Origin: a virus
DNA length: 32,956 bases
Direction: 5' to 3' (one strand)
IMG/VR virus record: IMGVR_UViG_3300045988_168513
Both the position numbers and the translations under genes were made by a program. Numbering within the stretch: position 1 is the first letter of the stretch; every line of letters begins with the position of its first letter. Positions 25,789-32,244 of the stretch are shown piece after piece. Under the pieces are notes generated by a model. The model was not told the DNA's origin. It saw only the letters and a program-made list of their open reading frames with translations, and searched no databases.

Positions 25789-25959
25789 AGTTCGCTCTCC
25801 TCTATCGGTAGCCGAAGCCCCGTATCCGTGGCCGTTTCATGAATCGTCACTAGCCCTTCCTCCGCCATCTCCCGTACGACCGCCCGAAAGAACTACTGGC
25901 CAACAGTACGGTATGAGTACCTTGTCGCCATCTTCTGTGTATATATAATGACATTTCAT
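25785..25959 (-). pseudogene. interrupted paralog of 26894..27154 (needs a +1 shift, or TAG read-through from an internal ATG)
   Basis: ATG 25959 overlaps the dcm stop (ATGA) and reads MKCHYIYTEDGDKVLIPYCWPVV... The +1 frame then reads FFRAVVREMAEEGLVTIHETATDTGLRLPIEESEL and ends in an ATGA overlap with the next gene. That tail matches ..FRALVDELAGEGLITVHRTATDTGLRPNIEASEL of the paralog. Confidence 0.5.
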
Positions 25960-26897
25960 CGATTCAATTTATTAATCGCATCGAAAATTCTCCATGCTAC
26001 CTGCGGTACTATGGCATTTCCGAATGCTTTGATAGATTCCCGGCACCATGCCGGAAAGGTGATTCCGTCCAGTTCGGCGGAAATCCCATCATCTCCGCCA
26101 CATACCGGGGATTGAGTCGGAAACCCGCCCCAGCCCGGTATTCGCCGCTCTGCATCGCCACCTTGGCTATTCCGCTCTTGCGGGTGCTCAGACTGGCCGG
26201 AAGACTGGCATTCGTCGCATCGTTCACCGTCGGGGTCGGCAGGAGTCCGATTTTCGCAGCCATTGCCAGCGTCGGACGTTCCGACGCATTCGGGGACAGG
26301 CTTCGATTCATGCGTCCGCTTCCTGCGTCTATTGCCGTCGGAGTCGGCAGCATGGTTACCGGAAAAAACACCGTCCTGCCGTTCTCGCATCGCTTCAGAC
26401 CCTGCGTCTGAACGGTGGGCAACAACCCACACCCTGTCCCGGCGGTGGGGAGCGCCGACGGCAGCAGCCGGAAGTATAAACGCCCCGACCTGGTAGCCTG
26501 CATTTTCCATGTCAGCGCACATCGTGTCGAAAACCAGTCCGTTCGACCAATTAACGAATCCGTAAACATTCTCGCCCACGACCCATTCGGGACGAATCTC
26601 GCGTATTGCTCGGAGCATCTCCGGCCAGAGGTAGCGGTCGTCTTCCGTGCCTCTTCGTTTGCCGGCAAGCGAGAACGGCTGGCAGGGGAATCCCCCCGTG
26701 AGGACGTCGATGCGTCCCCGCCAAACTGTAAAGTCTGTTGTTCGTATGTCTGCATACTGTTGTGCATTAGGAAAATGATATTTCAGAACCTTTCTGCAAA
26801 ATCCGTCTATTTCGCAGTTGAACATGTTCGTCCAGCCTGCCCATTCGGCCGCCAGGTCGAACCCGCCGATACCGGAAAACAACGATGCGTGCGTCAT
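25956..26897 (-). CDS. dcm: DNA (cytosine-5) methyltransferase, orphan
   Basis: Motif I LFSGIGGF, motif IV GGFPCQPFS, motif VI VVGENV, motif VIII APHRRDRVWVVA, motif X FGNAIVPQV. Residues ~161-255 are low-complexity. Confidence 0.9.
   Translation of the reverse strand: MTHASLFSGIGGFDLAAEWAGWTNMFNCEIDGFCRKVLKYHFPNAQQYADIRTTDFTVWRGRIDVLTGGFPCQPFSLAGKRRGTEDDRYLWPEMLRAIREIRPEWVVGENVYGFVNWSNGLVFDTMCADMENAGYQVGAFILPAAAVGAPHRRDRVWVVAHRSDAGSEAMRERQDGVFSGNHAADSDGNRRRKRTHESKPVPECVGTSDAGNGCENRTPADPDGERCDECQSSGQSEHPQERNSQGGDAERRIPGWGGFPTQSPVCGGDDGISAELDGITFPAWCRESIKAFGNAIVPQVAWRIFDAINKLNR
26009..26767 (-). other. 252-codon stop-free ORF in the +1 frame of dcm, with methyltransferase target-recognition and motif-IX-like sequence
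   Basis: Reads ..GSWARMFTDSLIGRTDWFSTRCALTWKMQATRSGRLYF..GLLPTVQTQG..MLPTPTAIDAG..GLLPTPTVNDA..LNPRYVAEMMGFPPNWTE. See the finding for 25956..26897. Confidence 0.4.
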
Positions 26898-27154
26898 AAT
26901 TCACTAGCTTCTATATTCGGCCGCAGCCCCGTGTCCGTGGCCGTCCGGTGAACCGTTATCAGTCCCTCCCCGGCCAGCTCGTCCACCAGCGCCCGGAACT
27001 CGTCGAAAGTGCAGGCACAGCAGACCGACAGATACAGGTCGTCGCGGATGACCAGTGCGTGAACCGGCTCGATATAGGCCTCCGCTTTGCGCTCGCACAC
27101 TTCCCGAATGCGGGAAAGGATGGCGGCCTTCAGGTTATCTGCGGTAACTTTCAT
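26894..27154 (-). CDS. small conserved protein (86 aa from MKVTADN)
   Basis: The stop overlaps the dcm ATG (ATGA). The C-terminus is paralogous to 25785..25892. The track ORF extends to 27187. Confidence 0.55.
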   Translation of the reverse strand: MKVTADNLKAAILSRIREVCERKAEAYIEPVHALVIRDDLYLSVCCACTFDEFRALVDELAGEGLITVHRTATDTGLRPNIEASEL

Positions 27155-27836
27155 TTTCAAACGAAATTCGGTCGAACATCTCCTCAAACCGGTCGGTTAT
27201 CCTCGCGCCGTAACGCTGCTCGATTCCCTCATCATCCAGATTGCTCGTGATGATGGTGAGCTGCATCCTGTCGTACCGCCGGAATATCGCGTCGGCCACC
27301 GGCGTTGCCTCCGTGCCGTAGTGCTTCACGGTTGCCGGTTCACAGCCCATATCGTCGATGATGAGCATAGGCGCATCCACGATTTCCGCATAACGGCTGT
27401 CCGTTACCGGAATCCCGGCCAAATGCACGGCAGATACTTCCGTAGCAAGCGGCACGTGGCGGACTATCCGCTCGGCCTCCAGCCCCTCCTCCTCGGTCAG
27501 CCGCCAAAGTCCGTAGGCCAGCCGCTCCTCCGCCGCGCCGCGCACGGTGAGCAGAAAAAGCCTCATTGCCTTCGCCAGCGTCGTCTTGCCGTTTCCCAAG
27601 CCTCCGTAAAGGAGCAGCCCGGGCTTCATGCTTCCGGTAAACCACCGGGCCGCCTGCCGGATGTGCGCCGTCGTAGCCTCGTCCCGGCGGAACTCTCTGC
27701 CCCGGCCTGAAACTACCGCCGAATACGCCGCCGTAAGGCCTCCTATCACCTGTACTGCCGAAAAAGGCAGCCTATAGCGTGCTCCGACGTTTTTCCGGAC
27801 GCCCAACTGTTTGAGTGTCTGTTCGTAAAGATTCAT
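27135..27836 (-). CDS. DnaC/IstB-like AAA+ helicase loader
   Basis: Walker A GGLGNGKT, Walker B LIIDDMG, sensor ITSN. Lies directly downstream of the initiator gene. Confidence 0.85.
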   Translation of the reverse strand: MNLYEQTLKQLGVRKNVGARYRLPFSAVQVIGGLTAAYSAVVSGRGREFRRDEATTAHIRQAARWFTGSMKPGLLLYGGLGNGKTTLAKAMRLFLLTVRGAAEERLAYGLWRLTEEEGLEAERIVRHVPLATEVSAVHLAGIPVTDSRYAEIVDAPMLIIDDMGCEPATVKHYGTEATPVADAIFRRYDRMQLTIITSNLDDEGIEQRYGARITDRFEEMFDRISFENESYRR

Positions 27837-28632
27837 GCTCTTTTTCTCTTTTTGCGCAATTTTTCTCTTTTTCCCGGTTGGACCACGTAGCCAGACGACG
27901 GGCGGTCTCCCACGTTTTCTCCAGTTCGAACCGCATTTTCGTGCCCGACCGGTTCTTCTCCGTCCAGTAATCGAAGAAAGCCCGTATCATCTCCCGGCCG
28001 TAAGTCTCCACGTAGGGAATGAGAGACTTCCGAAAAGCTTCTTTCCGCGCGTTCGTAGCGGCGATAGCCGCGTCTTTCTTTCCTCCTACACCGTTAGGTG
28101 TAGGAGTTTCTTTTATTATTTCTTTCTTTAATTCCTTATTTTTGGTTCGCGTCTGGTTCGCATCTGGTTCGCGATTGGTCCGGTTTGCGGTTCGCGATTG
28201 GTCCGAAGACCGCGGTAAACTGCTGTAAATAATATTATTATGCGGTTCGGTTCGCGGTTCGTCGCTGGTTTTTCCGCCGGTATGCCTGTCTGTAACCAAG
28301 GGATTGTAAGTATCATAATTACACAATCTTATAACGGTATGGCCGTGCTCCTTTCTCGTTTCTATCATTCCCTGCGATTTAAGCATATCCAGAAACCGAG
28401 TCACTTTGCCTGCACTCCATCTCCAGCGATTCTCGAGAAATCTTCTGCTCGCGGCAAGTTCTCCCCTTCGGCTCTCTAGCGCCCGTCCATCGAGTATTAT
28501 GACCCGTTCCTCTATTCCCGCAGCTTGTATCAAATCAAGCCACGCTTCGGCACGTGAATACTCACGGGGTTCGACCCATAAGGGTTTTGCGAAAAACTTC
28601 CTGCTAAGCATTATGTAACCGTTATTCTCCAT
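27772..28632 (-). CDS. replication initiator / replisome organiser (lambda O-like role)
   Basis: N-terminal winged-helix-like region (GYIMLSRKFF..WLDLIQ..GELAASRRFLENRWRWSAGKVTRFLDMLKSQGMI), a low-complexity linker encoded by the iteron DNA, and a C-terminal domain. Followed by the DnaC-like loader. Confidence 0.6.
   Translation of the reverse strand: MENNGYIMLSRKFFAKPLWVEPREYSRAEAWLDLIQAAGIEERVIILDGRALESRRGELAASRRFLENRWRWSAGKVTRFLDMLKSQGMIETRKEHGHTVIRLCNYDTYNPLVTDRHTGGKTSDEPRTEPHNNIIYSSLPRSSDQSRTANRTNREPDANQTRTKNKELKKEIIKETPTPNGVGGKKDAAIAATNARKEAFRKSLIPYVETYGREMIRAFFDYWTEKNRSGTKMRFELEKTWETARRLATWSNREKEKNCAKREKEHESLRTDTQTVGRPEKRRSTL
28144..28262. promoter_or_regulatory. candidate replication origin: phased GGTTCGC-type iterons flanking an AT-rich tract
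   Basis: GGTTCGC or GGTCCGR starts at 28144, 28155, 28166, 28177, 28189 and 28200 (11-12 bp phasing). An AT-rich stretch follows at 28216-28240, then three more copies at 28244, 28249 and 28256. An 8-bp hairpin lies at 28084-28103. Confidence 0.5.
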
Positions 28633-28635
28633 ATC

Positions 28636-29037
28636 TCACCGTATCCCATAAACCAACATCGCCGCATCCCGGCCATGCGAAGAGGTAATGCCTGCGTACC
28701 CCGTGACCGTCCGGAATTGTTCGGGCGACAGTTTCGTGCGGTTCCGTTCGGGCGCCACAAATTCGGCCGTAACGCCATTCTCCCGACACCAGTCCTCCCA
28801 CACCGTAGCATCCCGGCACACGCTTCCCGCCCCTTTCAGCCGCTCGCGGCCCGTGGCACCGAACCACCGCCGCTGCCGGGCGTCCTCTATCCGCAGCCGT
28901 ACCGGCCCCTGCCGCATGTACCCGCGAACCAGCTCTATAGCCTGCGTAATCGTTACCGTGCGCACGGCAACCAACTGCCGCCCGTCCCATGCGGCAAATC
29001 CCGTATGCCGTCCTGTATCAATTCCTATCCAAATCAT
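28636..29037 (-). CDS. RuvC-like Holliday junction resolvase
   Basis: MIWIGIDTGRHTGFA (first catalytic Asp) and C-terminal ..SSHGRDAAML. Confidence 0.7.
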   Translation of the reverse strand: MIWIGIDTGRHTGFAAWDGRQLVAVRTVTITQAIELVRGYMRQGPVRLRIEDARQRRWFGATGRERLKGAGSVCRDATVWEDWCRENGVTAEFVAPERNRTKLSPEQFRTVTGYAGITSSHGRDAAMLVYGIR

Positions 29038-29048
29038 CGCCTATGCCG

Positions 29049-29483
29049 TCAAATGTAAATAGCCTGTCGCGCCGTCTCTTTCTCGATGACGCGCAGAAAA
29101 TCCGCCTCATCCGGTGCGGGAAGGTAGATGCCGCACTCCTTGGAAGACCACGCCCGGAACCGCTCTATGGCCGTTGTCAATTCCGCCGTCGTCACGTCCC
29201 GCGTACTGCGAAGCCGCTCCACCTCGCCCAGAAAGCGGTCGGGGCGGCGGACGCAGAACAAATCCGCGTTGCACAACCGCTTGAAGTACGCCTCCTTGAC
29301 GAATTCCAATGTGTCTCCGTACTCCAGCGCGAACCACCCTAAAAGCAGGTGGAGATACTTATTCTGGCTCAGCGTGCGGGGGCGACGTTCGGAAAGTTCC
29401 ACCCGCGCCCCAGTCCGCTCCAGTGCCGCGCACCGCGTCCGAAAACGCCGCATGTCCGTATCATCGCTCAGGTCGTACAACAT
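29049..29483 (-). CDS. NinB/Orf-like recombination mediator (tentative)
   Basis: ..RPRTLSQNKYLHLLLGWFA.. resembles the NinB-type R-x-L-x-QN motif. Sits in the recombination module. Confidence 0.4.
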   Translation of the reverse strand: MLYDLSDDTDMRRFRTRCAALERTGARVELSERRPRTLSQNKYLHLLLGWFALEYGDTLEFVKEAYFKRLCNADLFCVRRPDRFLGEVERLRSTRDVTTAELTTAIERFRAWSSKECGIYLPAPDEADFLRVIEKETARQAIYI

Positions 29484-29492
29484 CGCAGACCG

Positions 29493-29792
29493 TTAAAATG
29501 GAAGGTCGTCGTAAGTGCCGCTCCCGCCCTTGCCGTTGTTCTGCCGCGGGTACCTGTCGCCGTTGTTCTGGCCGGAGTATTTGCCGCCATTCTGAGTGTC
29601 GTCCTGTTCGTCGAACACCTGTACCGTGCCGTCCCATGCCCCGGTGGGGATGGCGTCGATTCTTAGAAATTCCGCCCCCGAATCCAGATAGAACGCCTTG
29701 CCTATCGTCTGCCACCGCGTCCGCTTCTGTCCGTCGCTCGTCGTATATTCATGCGGCACGACCAAATTCCGTCTATTGACTACTCTTGCCAT
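29493..29792 (-). CDS. ssb: single-stranded DNA-binding protein
   Basis: Short OB-like N-terminus, a Gly/Asn/Gln-rich linker and a C-terminal acidic tip ..GTYDDLPF, which is the canonical SSB tail. Confidence 0.8.
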   Translation of the reverse strand: MARVVNRRNLVVPHEYTTSDGQKRTRWQTIGKAFYLDSGAEFLRIDAIPTGAWDGTVQVFDEQDDTQNGGKYSGQNNGDRYPRQNNGKGGSGTYDDLPF

Positions 29793-29798
29793 AACTGT

Positions 29799-30074
29799 CT
29801 ATTTTATTTGAAAATTCTCCCTCGTTTCGAGCCGAGCGCCGGGAACATCTTCCCCGCCCTTAATCGTCTGCGCTATCAGCTTCCGGTCTGGCGTGCGGGT
29901 GGTTTTCGTCACCACGAACTGCTCCGGCAATGCCGCCTCGTCGTCGATGTGCACCGCGGTGGACGGACGCACCGAAAGAGCGTATTTGCCCGCGGCCAGA
30001 CGCCTCACGTCCAGCGCCACGAATGCCTCCGCATCCAGTATCGAGGCCGCCACGTACCGATTGCTGTAGCTCAA
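29799..30074 (-). CDS. paralog of the C-terminal half of the Gp157-like protein (91 aa)
   Basis: LAAGKYALSVRPSTAVHIDDEAALPEQF..IKGGEDVPGARLETRENFQIK aligns with LEAGKYRLSFCKSTQVVIEDEGSIPERF..ITAGEEVPGAVLQENSNIQIR of 31755..32240. Confidence 0.6.
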   Translation of the reverse strand: MSYSNRYVAASILDAEAFVALDVRRLAAGKYALSVRPSTAVHIDDEAALPEQFVVTKTTRTPDRKLIAQTIKGGEDVPGARLETRENFQIK

Positions 30075-30136
30075 GCAACTTACCCAATAGCTTTACGTTT
30101 TCTATAACTACTATTTTTTGATTAAAAACCTTTATT

Positions 30137-30751
30137 TTACGCCAGCCCGAACTTCACGCGGATAACATGCGCTATGGCCAGATATTCGCGGGCATACTGA
30201 CTATCGCCGTGCGTATGCCGTACTTTCGCCTCGAAAGCCTCTATATCGCCGTGGAAACAGCCGCATGTTATTTCGACACCGCCGTCCGACGTGCGGTAAG
30301 CGTGCGTATGCCTGCCTATGCTGCCGAATACGTCGAATCCGCAGTGGTCGTCATTGCCGGCTACCCGTGCATTGCCGTACACCCGTGCATTGCCGTACAC
30401 CCACGCATTGCCGGCTACCCGTGCATTGCCGTACACCCGTGCATTGCCGTACACCCACGCATTGCCGGCTACCCGTGCATTGCCGGCTACCCGTGCATTG
30501 CCGTACACCCACGCATTGCCGTACACCTGCGCATTTTCGTACACCCGTGCATTGCCGTACACCCGTGCATTGCCGTACACCTGCGCATTTTCGGACACCC
30601 ACGCATTGTCGGATAGGTTGTCCTCTTTTTCGATGAATCCGCCCAAGTCACCCGCATTTGCCCATTTGCAGTCACGCGTGCAGCGTATGCGGTGGAGGGT
30701 CTTGCCGTCCACTTCTATCGTTTCATCGGTCAGCTCGAAATTTTTTTCCAT
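30137..30751 (-). CDS. hexapeptide-repeat (N-A-x-V-x-G)x14 protein, beta-helix type, with the same C-terminal Cys/His domain family as 44..1246
   Basis: 204 aa. The N-terminus contains ..GDLGGFIEKEDNLSDNAWV... Fourteen units of NA[RQW]V[YA][GE] follow. The C-terminus GRHTHAYRTSDGGVEITCGCFHGDIEAFE aligns with SRHTITYWGCDAIQIGCKQYTIFEW. Confidence 0.75.
   Translation of the reverse strand: MEKNFELTDETIEVDGKTLHRIRCTRDCKWANAGDLGGFIEKEDNLSDNAWVSENAQVYGNARVYGNARVYENAQVYGNAWVYGNARVAGNARVAGNAWVYGNARVYGNARVAGNAWVYGNARVYGNARVAGNDDHCGFDVFGSIGRHTHAYRTSDGGVEITCGCFHGDIEAFEAKVRHTHGDSQYAREYLAIAHVIRVKFGLA
30356..30607. repeat. 18-bp tandem repeat array (14 units, coding)
   Basis: The plus strand reads ccgtgcattgccgtacac / ccacgcattgccggctac variants head to tail. 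Confidence 0.9.
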
Positions 30752-30776
30752 TTTCCTGTATTTTAATAAACCTTCG

Positions 30777-30833
30777 CGGGGCCGCGGGAGTCGAACCCGC
30801 CGCCGGTGTCGGACTGCCGGCCCACATGCCCCT
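30777..30833 (-). ncRNA. tRNA-like fragment (T-arm plus partial acceptor plus one extra hairpin) between two repeat-protein genes
   Basis: The minus strand has T-arm GCGGG-TTCGACT-CCCGC followed by GGCCCCG. The upstream hairpin GCCGG-(10 nt)-CCGGC is also present. No full cloverleaf can be drawn: only 5 of 7 acceptor pairs form and there is no D-arm. Confidence 0.3.
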
Positions 30834-30839
30834 TTCTAC

Positions 30840-31196
30840 CTACAGCCGCTCGACGTCCTGTCTATGGAACTCGTTGGCATAGTTCCTCAACTTCTCGAGA
30901 ATCTCCAGTTCGTCGGCATCGGCATTACCGGCATTTTTTATCCAACTTAAAAAATGAAAACACAACTGGACACGCAGCCGTCTGTCTGTGCGCGCCGTCA
31001 GGGAGCCGCACCACAATGGGAGGCACGACAAATCCAGGTTGGCACCGCTCAGGTAGGCACCGCTCAGGTCGGCTCCGCGCAGGTTGGCTCCGCTCAGGTT
31101 GGCGTCGCGCAGGTTGGCTCCGCGCAGGTTGGCGTCGCGCAGGTTGGCTCCGCGCAGGTCTTTAGACGCGACCAAATCCCTTAAATTATCGTCCAT
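30840..31196 (-). CDS. pentapeptide-repeat protein
   Basis: Nine consecutive A(D/N)LxG-type pentapeptides ([45 protein letters not shown]) followed by a unique 60-aa C-terminus. Confidence 0.85.
   Translation of the reverse strand: MDDNLRDLVASKDLRGANLRDANLRGANLRDANLSGANLRGADLSGAYLSGANLDLSCLPLWCGSLTARTDRRLRVQLCFHFLSWIKNAGNADADELEILEKLRNYANEFHRQDVERL
31026..31160. repeat. 15-bp tandem repeat (9 units, coding)
   Basis: caggttggctccgcg-type units on the plus strand. Confidence 0.9.
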
Positions 31197-31232
31197 ACTT
31201 TCTATTAATTAATTGATAATTAAGACTATCTT

Positions 31233-31264
31233 AAAAAACCCGGCGCGGCTCCCGCGTGGCCGGG
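31233..31264 (-). terminator. intrinsic terminator on the minus strand
   Basis: The plus strand shows aaaaaa then cccggcgcgg-ctc-ccgc(gtg)gccggg. On the minus strand this is a GC hairpin followed by T6, just after the stop at 31300. Confidence 0.6.
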
Positions 31265-31299
31265 GCTGAACTAAAATCACAAACAATATGAAAAAGTAC

Positions 31300-31750
31300 C
31301 TAATCGAAATAGTCCTCAGCTCCATCTACCTGCGTCGGGTCGAAGTCGCAGACAGCTACGGGCCATTGCAAGAAGAAGCGCTCGTCCCGGTACGCTTCCG
31401 GCGCCGCGGGCATTTGTCGGCATTCCCAGGAATCGAGGCGGACAACGCCGCGCCATGCCGGGCCATCGAAATACGAAGCCCCCGGCCCATCGTCCTCTGT
31501 GTCGCAAAAGCCCTCCACCGTGCCCTGGAGCAGCACCAGCCGCTCCTCCGGCCTACCCGCCGCATCGGTCGCCCGTCATTTCCAGCGCAAGAATGTTTTC
31601 ATACTGACTGCGCTCTGCGGTATACAGGTCATAGGTTGTAGCATCCAGAAGAAATTCCCGCTTGCGGAACACATTGCCGCCGCTGCGCGACGGCAGCTCC
31701 TCTGTCTGCCCGATGTACACGAGCCTGCCCGTGATTTCATTTTTTGCCAT
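31300..31750 (-). pseudogene. DUF3127-like small ssDNA-binding-type gene split by a +1 frame change at GGG-TAG (ORFs 31553..31750 and 31300..31536)
   Basis: Frame A reads MAKNEITGRLVYIGQTEELPSRSGGNVFRKREFLLDATTYDLYTAERSQYENILALEMTGDRCGG-TAG. The +1 frame continues RPEERLVLLQGTVEGFCDTEDDGPGASYFDGPAWRGVVRL..., the expected continuation of this family (recognition from memory). Confidence 0.5.
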
Positions 31751-31754
31751 AATA

Positions 31755-32240
31755 TTACCGTATTTGAATGTTGCTGTTTTCCTGTAAGACCGCCCCGGGG
31801 ACTTCCTCCCCGGCCGTTATGGCCGTTTTAAGCATCTGCTTGTCGTAGCCTATCGTAACCGTCCGAAACCGCTCCGGAATGCTTCCTTCGTCCTCGATGA
31901 CGACCTGCGTCGATTTGCAGAAAGAGAGTCGATACTTGCCAGCCTCCAACCGGTCTATGCCAAACAGCCGCAGCGCATCGGATAGCCGCCCGGACAGAAT
32001 ATCGATTTTCCGCTGTTCGCTTTTCTGCAATTTATTGAGTCGCGCCTTTTCGTCATGGATAGCTTTCAGTCGTGCTTTTGCGTCGAGTATCGACGCTGAA
32101 TAATCCTCCGCCTTCTGCCGCAGATTCTCCTCGTTGATGGACAGCGCCTCCCCCAGCTCCGGAGTGAGGACGCCTTCCGATGCCTCTATCGCATCGTTCA
32201 GCCACTGTTGCGTGGCAGTAATCTGATAAAGTGAACTCAT
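31755..32240 (-). CDS. Gp157-like protein (coiled-coil N-terminus, conserved C-terminus)
   Basis: 161 aa starting at MSSLYQITATQQW.. The track ORF extends to 32492 inside erf. The ATG lies 4 nt after the erf stop. The family call rests on pattern recognition only. Confidence 0.5.
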   Translation of the reverse strand: MSSLYQITATQQWLNDAIEASEGVLTPELGEALSINEENLRQKAEDYSASILDAKARLKAIHDEKARLNKLQKSEQRKIDILSGRLSDALRLFGIDRLEAGKYRLSFCKSTQVVIEDEGSIPERFRTVTIGYDKQMLKTAITAGEEVPGAVLQENSNIQIR

Positions 32241-32244
32241 GCTG

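Noticed and set aside
27087-29779. Long antisense or alternative-frame ORFs in the GC-rich replication module (27087..27710, 27340..27645, 28675..29058, 28688..29062, 28622..28990, 29128..29496, 29309..29779 and others)
   Set aside because: They are Arg/Pro/Gly/Ala-rich low-complexity translations that fully overlap genes with clear motifs (DnaC-like, RuvC-like, NinB-like, SSB). This is typical stop-poor off-frame reading of GC-rich DNA.
7677-29801. Genome-wide reassignment of TAG (code 15-like). The TAG stops at 7677, 15084, 18447 and 29799 are each in frame with the next gene
   Set aside because: All long structural and replication ORFs are intact under the standard code. Reading through would fuse unrelated proteins (tape measure to protease, the Gp157 fragment to SSB). 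The spacer at 15087-15128 is AT-rich and non-coding in appearance. Four in-frame cases out of six (roughly p~0.1) is not significant. Local read-through at 23934 remains open as a separate finding.
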